Assembly: GCF_964213995.1 (NCBI RefSeq)
Contig: NC_135820.1
Location: 868,001-932,000, forward strand
Reading direction: 5' to 3'
Source of the DNA: Mustelus asterias
Lineage: Eukaryota
DNA: 64,000 nucleotides
Shown here: piece after piece, positions 59,401-64,000 of the stretch
How positions within the stretch are numbered: the stretch's first letter is position 1
How the letters are laid out: every line of letters begins with the position of its first letter
Position numbers and translations under genes: made by a program
Notes under the pieces: model-generated
Databases searched by the model: none
Told to the model about the DNA's origin: nothing
What the model saw: only the letters and a program-made list of their open reading frames with translations

Positions 59401-59909
59401 TTCAGTCTGGGCTCTCTGTGTACTTGAATTTTTAACTCTCCAAGCACAGGAAAAGCACCACCTTTTAACGGGACCACGCAATGCTTTCCCCCTTCGTCTT
59501 TGACCACATTTACAAACACCAAATTCTAATTTCCTCCCTCCCAATCTACAGTTACTTTTCCCAACTCCGCAACACTGGTCCTGTGACAACACCACTGCGA
59601 TATTCGTGAGACTGTCTTCTACCTCAACCCCGCCTCCTCTTAACGCCCCAAAGTTAAAGCCAAGAGCTCCCCCCCAGTCTGAAGCGTGGGCGATGGTGGG
59701 ACATTCCCAGCACTCTGGGAGGGGGAGTATCGTACATTGAGTTCCTGCCCTGTGTTTCCCCAGGCCAAAGAGACGACGGTGTATGAGAACATGGTGATGG
59801 CGGACAGCATGGAGAATCAGGTAGCGCCTCCCTTTGCTGAGAATGTGGAATACGCCTCCATTAACTTCACATATAAACCCTCAGGAGAAGGGCAAAAGGA
59901 GGCAATTCG
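8417..59909 (+). CDS. Siglec-family / CD22-like Ig-superfamily receptor, 15 coding exons in window (leader, V-C2-C2-V-C2x7, TM, 2 cytoplasmic exons); 3' end probably outside window
   Basis: Exons 8417-8462, 11570-11929, 16006-16299, 18052-18312, 24967-25317, 33699-33998, 38858-39139, 41704-41988, 44846-45112, 46369-46635, 49160-49429, 51969-52244, 53767-53854, 57390-57474, 59764-59909. All internal boundaries are AG/GT with compatible phases (1-1 for Ig exons); 3578 nt with no internal stop. Confidence 0.85.
8490..11478 (+). repeat. 51-bp G-rich minisatellite, about 58 copies
   Basis: (gggattagactgggtgggatattaaagggtgcggggagtgagggggagagt)n fills the leader-V1 intron. Confidence 0.95.
11570..11929 (+). 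CDS. Ig domain 1, Siglec-type V-set
   Basis: AWSV...CLVIPCTF...RFQGRTEFIG...DCSLKI...DEGIYHFR. Siglec B/E-strand Cys pattern; essential Arg codon at 11866-11868; ttctag| and G|gtaagt boundaries. Confidence 0.92.
11980..12315 (+). repeat. 44-bp tandem repeat derived from the CR1 3' UTR
   Basis: (aacaggctcgaggggctgaatggggcctcctcctgttcctgtgt)n; compare the CR1 tail at 61121-61160. Confidence 0.85.
12715..15885 (+). repeat. 51/52-bp satellite derived from the CR1 RPHLEYCxQFWSP region, about 61 copies
   Basis: Unit translates VRPHSEHCAQFQSPYPS; DNA matches the CR1 at 1568-1615. Confidence 0.92.
16006..16299 (+). CDS. Ig domain 2, Siglec D2-type C2-set
   Basis: CSVKYLCP extra Cys typical of Siglec domain 2, FLRW, DNARTLTC, ITLNVQ; phase 1-1. 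Confidence 0.9.
16490..17305 (-). mobile_element. HE1/V-SINE-type SINE with a duplicated tRNA head and about 9 copies of a 52-bp internal repeat
   Basis: Reverse-complement heads gtggcacagtggttagcactgc (2 copies, 17190-17305), V-domain-like core, tttggacactaaggggcaatttagc repeats at 16630-17090, CR1-like tail at 16490-16550. Confidence 0.8.
17370..17925 (+). repeat. 44-bp CR1-3'UTR-derived tandem repeat, second array
   Basis: Same unit as 11980-12315. Confidence 0.85.
18052..18312 (+). CDS. Ig domain 3, short C2-set
   Basis: YAPK...VTLTC..SNPPVTRYRW...FQCEATNSVG. Acceptor atcag ends at 18051; donor A|gtaggt at 18313. Confidence 0.85.
18360..18950 (+). repeat. 37-bp L2-derived minisatellite (cccctccctatctctgtaacctcctccagcccctaca)n
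   Basis: Unit encodes PPYLCNLLQP; a tatcgcagtaacc variant occurs in the 5' half. Confidence 0.85.
18965..19270 (+). repeat. 33/34-bp CR1-derived repeat (GVGRMWDSLPR) plus downstream CR1 flank
   Basis: Followed by ggagtggttgacgtgaatggtatcgatgtgtttaag (GVVDVNGIDVFK). Confidence 0.75.
19272..19640 (-). mobile_element. Rex1/Babar-like LINE 3' fragment
   Basis: KAAGIIKDPTHPGHSLFHLLPSGKRYKSLRSRTNRLKNSFFP; (TCAAA)n-type tail. Confidence 0.75.
19760..23890 (-). mobile_element. Near full-length CR1 LINE: ORF1 (Zn-finger-like + SGNH esterase) and frameshifted ORF2 (APE + RT)
   Basis: ORF 22740..23744 with CxxC..CxxC, GDS, HVGTKD and DGVH; ORF 21556..22860 with APE motifs (NARSI, TETW, GDFN, SDH); ORF 19847..21604 RT (KFADD); TTCTATG-type tail at about 19760-19785. 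Confidence 0.95.
24345..24800 (-). mobile_element. Rex1/Babar-like LINE 3' fragment, internally deleted
   Basis: TLTNFYRCIIVSILSGCITAW...DRKKVQRV; same gatttgatttattattgtcacatg end as at 19272. Confidence 0.75.
24967..25317 (+). CDS. Ig domain 4, second Siglec-type V-set
   Basis: NWGVWSP...SCVVIPCRF...RVQFLG...NCTLKI...DSGQYYFRIEMGSYKWS. Arg codon at 25257-25259; ttacag| and G|gtgagt boundaries. Confidence 0.92.
25385..26290. repeat. CT-rich low-complexity tract with N runs at 25574-25731 and 25799-26131
   Basis: Seen directly. Confidence 0.9.
26353..33655 (-). repeat. 33-bp Deu-SINE-related satellite, about 220 copies, with higher-order blocks
   Basis: Same unit and orientation as 4750-8150; ends about 45 bp before the D5 acceptor. 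Confidence 0.95.
33699..33998 (+). CDS. Ig domain 5, Siglec D2-type C2-set
   Basis: PEKP...VTCSVQIRCP..PTLQW...FTPRFQDRDQTVRC...LNLQ; phase 1-1. Confidence 0.92.
34330..38630 (+). repeat. L2 LINE 3' fragment with an internal 37-bp expansion (34375-34930, 37515-38500), interrupted by a CR1
   Basis: IFVFK upstream; RSLRSSNSGLLSIP..RAFSCLG..LWNSL downstream at 38500-38620. Confidence 0.8.
34930..37512 (-). mobile_element. Degenerate CR1 ORF2 (APE+RT) lacking ORF1 and the 3' end
   Basis: Fragment ORFs 37145..37528, 36766..37101, 36371..36763, 35328..36269, 35121..35315, 34906..35127. Confidence 0.9.
38858..39139 (+). CDS. Ig domain 6, C2-set
   Basis: YKPRN...EGDFVTLRC...SNPAVNQYTW...DYGKYYCKAGN; phase 1-1. 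Confidence 0.92.
39185..39395 (-). mobile_element. CR1 3' end fragment
   Basis: aacatagaaacatagaagataggagcagg...ggccattcggccc tail. Confidence 0.7.
39540..39990 (+). mobile_element. Old CR1 ORF2 3' fragment
   Basis: TQRVVVIWKALPERALEADSIGTFK; short internal duplication. Confidence 0.6.
40165..40650 (+). repeat. 33/34-bp GVGRMWDSLP expansion inside a CR1 fragment
   Basis: Preceded by gtcactaataaatccaatggggaaatcaggagaaacttccttacccagagagt (VTNKSNGEIRRNFLTQRV). Confidence 0.85.
40950..41575. repeat. 17-bp purine-rich minisatellite (ggagaggggagggagat)n
   Basis: Direct periodicity. Confidence 0.95.
41704..41988 (+). CDS. Ig domain 7, C2-set
   Basis: YAPRD...LNITC..SNPPVTRYSWLKNG...DRGQYYCQARNDVG; phase 1-1. 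Confidence 0.92.
42095..42360. repeat. CT/CTGT microsatellite
   Basis: Seen directly. Confidence 0.9.
42395..44652 (+). repeat. 33-bp Deu-SINE-related satellite, about 68 copies, opposite orientation to the 4.7-kb and 26-kb arrays
   Basis: (actgagggagtgccgcactgtcagagggtcagt)n; Deu-like continuation ccggcgtccggggaccaatat at about 44772-44815. Confidence 0.95.
44846..45112 (+). CDS. Ig domain 8, Cys-rich C2-set
   Basis: YPPTDV...VTLTCQFDANP...W...HCVYYCTARNSLG; phase 1-1. Confidence 0.9.
45200..46135 (+). repeat. Two L2 3' fragments, each with a 37-bp expansion
   Basis: Each array ends in gatctctgcg..ccaattcc..ggccgtgccttcagctgcctgggg (45500-45620, 46005-46125). Confidence 0.8.
46369..46635 (+). 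CDS. Ig domain 9, C2-set
   Basis: YKPRSV...ITLTCQSEANPP..FQW...LCDYFCRAQNNIG; phase 1-1. Confidence 0.9.
46700..48125 (+). repeat. CR1-derived composite: 51/52-bp array (46700-47600), unique CR1 spacer, 33-bp array (47738-48125)
   Basis: The spacer translates DLIKGFKILKGF..GETRTRG..VTNKSNGEFR, colinear with CR1 ORF2. Confidence 0.88.
48168..49080. repeat. (ggggagtgac)n-based G-rich minisatellite
   Basis: Direct periodicity with 10-12-bp variants. Confidence 0.9.
49160..49429 (+). CDS. Ig domain 10, C2-set
   Basis: YGPKEV...EGDHVWLECASRSNP..YTWYK...NAGKYYCRVENIMG; phase 1-1. Confidence 0.92.
49715..51294 (+). repeat. 37-bp L2-derived array ending in an L2 fragment; N run 51295-51805 follows
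   Basis: Periodicity; RSLRSSNSGL motif at about 51170. Confidence 0.88.
51969..52244 (+). CDS. Ig domain 11, membrane-proximal C2-set
   Basis: YTPRNT...GDNITLTCRSDSNPPVDRYKW...DKGVYSCEARNQLG; donor A|gtaagt. Confidence 0.92.
52297..52467. mobile_element. Short palindromic Penelope-like terminal remnant with a candidate 10-bp TSD
   Basis: Inverted arms at 52337-52379 and 52426-52469; actcttaccc at 52287-52296 and 52468-52477. Confidence 0.55.
52553..53705. mobile_element. Fragments of the LINE family seen at 2.1-3.0 kb, in both orientations (+52553-53092, -53095-53303, -53372-53705)
   Basis: Near-identical to 2428-2960; the minus ORFs show DIKAAFDRV and GVPQGSVQGPTIFSCFINDLP. Confidence 0.8.
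53767..53854 (+). CDS. Transmembrane exon KNNIKLIVIIIVLLLVILFMVISAVLFYRR
   Basis: About 23 apolar residues followed by a basic stop-transfer; phase 1 in, AG|gtaagc phase 2 out. Not in the ORF track. Confidence 0.88.
53925..56005 (+). repeat. CR1-derived composite: 51/52-bp array (53925-55372), 33-bp array (55375-55925), CR1 end
   Basis: Ends ggagtggttgaggtgaacagtatc...gttggataaacacatgagggagaaaggaatagaagga (GVVEVNSI...LDKHMREKGIEG). Confidence 0.88.
56262..57030 (+). mobile_element. HE1/V-SINE-type SINE with 8 tandem 66-bp tRNA-derived heads
   Basis: Each unit has an A-box-like tgRcacagtggt and a B-box ggttcgattcc; V-domain gtgtggagtctgcacgttctccccgtg follows at about 56810. Confidence 0.88.
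57055..57262 (-). mobile_element. 3' fragment of the 2.1-3.0 kb LINE family
   Basis: Reverse complement of about 2720-2930. Confidence 0.75.
57390..57474 (+). CDS. Cytoplasmic exon 1 (RKRNGDSISQQRFEATNTVYSVVMKRNR), ITSM-like
   Basis: tgcag| acceptor in phase 2 matches the TM exon; donor AGG|gtaagt in phase 0; TxYxxV at 57442-57459. Confidence 0.8.
57500..58262 (-). mobile_element. Degenerate CR1 3' fragments
   Basis: ORF 57867..58325: LVRPHLEYCVQFW...YSSEFRRVRGD. Confidence 0.8.
58984..59312 (+). mobile_element. Single-head, full-length HE1/V-SINE-type SINE
   Basis: A/B boxes, V domain, and CR1-like tail gcagactcgatgggccgaatggcct...gattctat. Confidence 0.88.
59764..59909 (+). CDS. Cytoplasmic exon 2 with YENM and ITIM VEYASI
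   Basis: tttccccag| acceptor in phase 0; AKETTVYENM...NVEYASINF...EAIR; likely donor CG|gtatgt at 59910. Confidence 0.82.
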
Positions 59910-59959
59910 GTATGTACAGAATTATCGGGGCTGCCTGAGGGTGTGTGTGTGCATAGTGA

Positions 59960-61170
59960 GTCTGAGTGGGCGAGGGTCGGGCAGATGGAGAACAATGTTG
60001 GTAAACCTGAGGTCATCCATTTTGGTCGGAATAACAGCAAAATGGACTATTATTTAAATGGTAAAAAATTGCAGCTTGCTGCTGTGCAGAGGGACCTGGG
60101 TGTCCTTGTGCAGGAATCTCAAAAATGTTGGTTTGCGGGGAGGCGATGGCCCAGTGGTATTATTGCTAGCCTATTAATCCAGAAACTCGGCTAATGTTCT
60201 GGGGACCTGGGTTCGAATCCCACCACGGCAGGTGGTGAAATTTGAATTCAATAAAAAATATCTGGAATTAATAATCCAATGATGATCATAAAACTGTTGT
60301 CGATTGTCATAAAAACCCATCTGGTTCACTAATGTCCTTTAGGGAAGGAAATCTGCCATCCTTACCTGGTCTGGCCTACATGTGACTCCAGAGCCACAGC
60401 AACGTGGTTGATTCTTAACTGCCCTCCAAGGGCAACTAGGGATGGGCAATAAATCCTGGCCCAGCCAGCGACACCCGTGTCCCAGGAATGAATAAAAATA
60501 AAGTTGCAGCAGGTAATTAAGAAGGCAAATGGAATTTTGTCCTTCATTGCGAGAGGGATGGAGTTTAAAAACAGCGAGGTTATGTTGCAGCTGTATAAGG
60601 TGCTGGTGAGGCCACACCTGGAGTACTGTGTACAGTTTTGGTCTCCTTACTTGAGAAAGGATATACTGGCACTGGAGGAGGTGCAGAGGAGGTTCACTGG
60701 GTTGATTCTGGAGTTCAGAGGGTTGGCTTATGAGGAGAGACTGAGTAGACTGGGGCTATACTCATTGGAATTCAGAAGAATGAAGGGCGATCTTATAGAA
60801 ACATATCAGATTATGAAGGGAATAGATAAGACAGAAGCAGGGAAGTTGTTTCCACTGGCGGGTGAAACTAGAACTAGGGGGCATAGCCTCAAAATAAAGG
60901 GGGAGCCGATTTAGGACTGAGTTGAGGAGGAACTTCTTCACACAAAGATTTGTGTGGAACTCCCTACCCAGTGAAGCAGTTGAGGCTACCTCATTGAATG
61001 TTTTTAAGGCAAGGATAGATAAATTTTTGAACAGTAAAGGAATTAAGGGTTATGGTGAGCGGGCGGGTAAGTGGAGCTGAGTCTACAAAAAGATCAGCCA
61101 CGATCTTATTGAATGGCGGAGCAGGCTCGAGGGGCCGGATGGCCGACTCCTGCTCCTAGTTCTTATAGAT
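59960..61170 (+). mobile_element. CR1 3' fragment interrupted by a SINE
   Basis: ORF 60504..60914 with RPHLEYCVQFWSP; 3' UTR to about 61165. Confidence 0.85.
60137..60502 (+). mobile_element. tRNA-derived SINE of a second family, inserted into the CR1
   Basis: A-box tggcccagtgg, B-box ggttcgaatcc, A-rich end gaatgaataaaaa. Confidence 0.8.
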
Positions 61171-61259
61171 CATTCAAGTTCAAATTTAAATTTTAAATTC
61201 ATTTTTTAGTCACAAATAGGCTTACACTTAACACTAGAATGACGTTACTGCGAAAATCC

Positions 61260-61780
61260 AATTTGGGGTACTGCGAACAGTTCTGTTCGTCCTGCTATCG
61301 GAAGGATGTAATTAAACTGGAAAGGGTGAAAAAAAGGTTGACAGGATGTTGCCGGGACTGGAAGGTTTGAGGAGAGACTGGATAGGCTGGGACTTTTTTC
61401 CCTGGAGGGTCGGAGGATGAGGGGTGACCTTATAGAGGTCTATAAAATCATGAGGGGCACAGATGCTGGTCTTTTCCCCAGGGTAGGGGAGTCCAAAAGG
61501 GCAGAGGGCAGAGGGTTAAGGTAAAAGGGGGAAGGTTTAAAGGAGATGTGAAAGGTACATTTTTGACACGAGTGTCTGGAATGCGTTGCCGGAGGAGGCG
61601 GGAGAAGCAGATACAACAGCAACGTTTAAGAGGCACTTTGACAGATACATGAATAGACAGCGAATAGAGGGATACGGACCGCATGGAGGCAAAAGGTCTT
61701 TAGTTTTTAGCCTGTGTCAGCACAGGCTTGGAGGGGCCGAAGGGCCTCTTCCTGTGCTGTACTGTTCCTTGATCTTTGAC
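61260..61780 (+). mobile_element. Old CR1 3' fragment
   Basis: gatgaggggtgaccttatagaggtc; FKRHFDRYMNRQRIEGYG; gggccgaagggcct tail. Confidence 0.75.
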
Positions 61781-61961
61781 AGCTGAGAGAGCAGTTCATA
61801 AAGCGGATGGTATTCCGGGGTTTATTAACAGTGACACAGAGTAAAAGAACAAGGAGGTTGTGTTAACATCATATCAAACACTGGTTCACCCTCAGCTAGA
61901 GTATTGTGTCCAATTCTCGGCACCGCACTAGAGGAAGGATGTGAAGGCGTGAGACCCAGAG

Positions 61962-63320
61962 GCTGAGAGACAGACAGACTGAGAGGCAGACAGACTGGGA
62001 GGCAGACAGACTGGGAGGCAGACAGACTGGGAGGCAGACAGACTGGGAGGCAGACAGACTGGGAGGCAGACAGACTGGGAGGCAGACAGACTGGGAGGCA
62101 GACAGACTGGGAGGCAGACAGACTGGGAGGCAGACAGACTGGGAGGCAGACAGACTGGGAGGCAGACAGACTGGGAGGCAGACAGACTGGGAGGCAGACA
62201 GACTGGGAGGCAGACAGACTGAGAGGCAGACAGGCTGGGAGGCAGACAGACTGGGAGACAGACAGACTGGGAGGCAGACAGACTGGGAGGCAGACAGACT
62301 GAGAGGCAGACAGACTGGGAGGCAGACAGACTGGGAGGCAGACAGACTGGGAGGCAGACAGACTGGGAGACAGACATACTGAGAGACAGACAGACTGAGA
62401 GGCAGACAGACTGAGAGGCAGACAGACTGAGAGGCAGACAGACTGGGAGGCAGACAGACTGAGAGGCAGACAGACTGAGAGACAGACAGACTGAGAGGCA
62501 GACAGACTGAGAGGCAGACAGACTGAGAGACAGACAGACTGAGAGACAGACAGACTGGGAGGCAGACAGACTGAGAGGCAGACAGACTGGGAGGCAGACA
62601 GACTGAGAGGCAGACAGACTGAGAGGCAGACAGACTGAGAGGCAGACAGACTGAGAGACAGACAGACTGAGAGGCAGACAGACTGAGAGGCAGACAGACT
62701 GAGAGGCAGACAGACTGGGAGGCAGACAGACTGAGAGGCAGACAGACTGGGAGGCAGACAGACTGGGAGGCAGACAGACTGAGAGGCAGACAGACTGAGA
62801 GGCAGACAGACTGGGAGGCAGACAGACTGAGAGGCAGACAGACTGAGAGGCAGACAGACTGGGAGGCAGACAGACTGAGAGACAGACAGACTGGGAGACA
62901 GACAGACTGGGAGGCAGACAGACTGGGAGGCAGAGAGGCGAAGAGACAGACAGACTGAGAGGCAGATAGACTGGGAGGCAGACAGACTGAGAGACAGACA
63001 GACTGGGAGACAGACAGACTGGGAGGCAGACAGACTGGGAGGCAGACAGACTGGGAGGCAGACAGACTGAGAGGCAGACAGACTGAGAGGCAGACAGACT
63101 GAGAGGCAGACAGACTGAGAGACAGACAGACTGAGAGGCAGACAGACTGAGAGGCAGACAGACTGGGAGACAGACAGACTGGGAGGCAGACAGACTGAGA
63201 GACAGACAGACTGAGAGGCAGACAGACTGGGAGACAGACAGACTGGGAGGCAGACAGACTGGGAGGCAGACAGACTGAGAGGCAGACAGACTGGGAGACA
63301 GACAGACTGGGAGGCAGAGA
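61962..63320. repeat. 16-bp minisatellite (gacagactgggaggca)n inside an old CR1 fragment (61780-63650)
   Basis: Periodicity. The flanks read PQLEYCVQFSAPH..KDVKA before and ..MVPGMRNFS after. Confidence 0.9.
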
Positions 63321-63847
63321 GATTGGAAAAGATTGACAGAAATGGTTCCTGGGATGAGGAACTTCAGTCCGGTGGATGGATGGGAGAAGTTGGGAATGTT
63401 CTCCTGGGGGAGGGAGAAGGTGGAGAGGGAGATTTGATCGAGGTGTTCAAAATCACGAGGGGGCCCGGGACAGATGGAAGGTGATTGGAGACAGAAGCGA
63501 GGGGGACTCGAGGAGAAACTTTTCCACCCAGCGAATGGTGAGGATCGGGGAATCCACGGCCCGAGAGTGTGGGGGAGGCAGATTCAATCGAGGGATTCCA
63601 AAAGGGAACTGGATCGCAATCTGATCAGGAAGAATGTTCCGGGTCACAGGGAGAAGGTCAGGGGCGGCGGGGGGGCGGGGGTAGGGGGGGAGGTGGGGGG
63701 GCGCGGTGGGGGTGGGGGGGCACGGTGAGGGGCGTTGCGGGGGGTGGGGAGCACACACACATCCTCCTCAACATAAACAGCTTTCTCCTCTCAGAATTCC
63801 CCAGGCAGGATTCCCGGACACCGAGCGTTCATTCTCCGGGATGAGTC

Positions 63848-64000
63848 TGGCTGACCAGGCCCAGCATTTACCCCCCAATCCCTAACTGGCCCTCGGGAAG
63901 GGGGTGGGTGAGCCGCCATCTTGAACCCGCTGCAGTCCCCGTGTGGTGTAGGTACACCCACTGTGCTGTTAGGGAGGGAGTTCCAGGATTTTGACCCCAG
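63848..64000 (-). mobile_element. 3' end of the 2.1-3.0 kb LINE family
   Basis: Reverse complement of about 2830-2975. Confidence 0.75.

Noticed and set aside
58380-59600. Possible solo LTR interrupted by the SINE at 58984
   Set aside because: AT-rich, with no definable TG...CA termini or TSD; cannot be supported without a search.
8417-59909. Assigning the symbol CD22, SIGLEC1 or MAG
   Set aside because: The domain count fits none of them. The tail is CD22-like, but orthology needs phylogeny and synteny.
63795-63910. Possible last cytoplasmic exon after ctttctcctctcag
   Set aside because: The frame is open but has no Tyr motif and runs into a LINE-tail repeat; insufficient support.

Overview
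Repeat-dense vertebrate DNA, most likely a cartilaginous fish: it carries HE1/V-SINE-type SINEs, Deu-domain SINE sequence, and CR1, L2 and Rex1 LINEs. One + strand, multi-exon gene spans about 8.4-59.9 kb and probably continues past the window. I spliced it by hand from GT-AG, phase-compatible exons into a type I membrane Siglec/CD22-like receptor of at least 1190 aa: leader, V-C2-C2-V-C2x7, uncharged TM, and a tail with TVYSVV, TVYENM and VEYASI tyrosine motifs. Unusually, it has two complete Siglec V+C2 modules, one of them internal, and both keep the sialic-acid-binding Arg. The introns are mostly tandem arrays whose units match short pieces of CR1/L2 LINEs and SINEs, often expanded in place within the parent element. 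Opposite-orientation 33-bp arrays flank three in-frame exons. The very long ORFs in the track are satellite artefacts.
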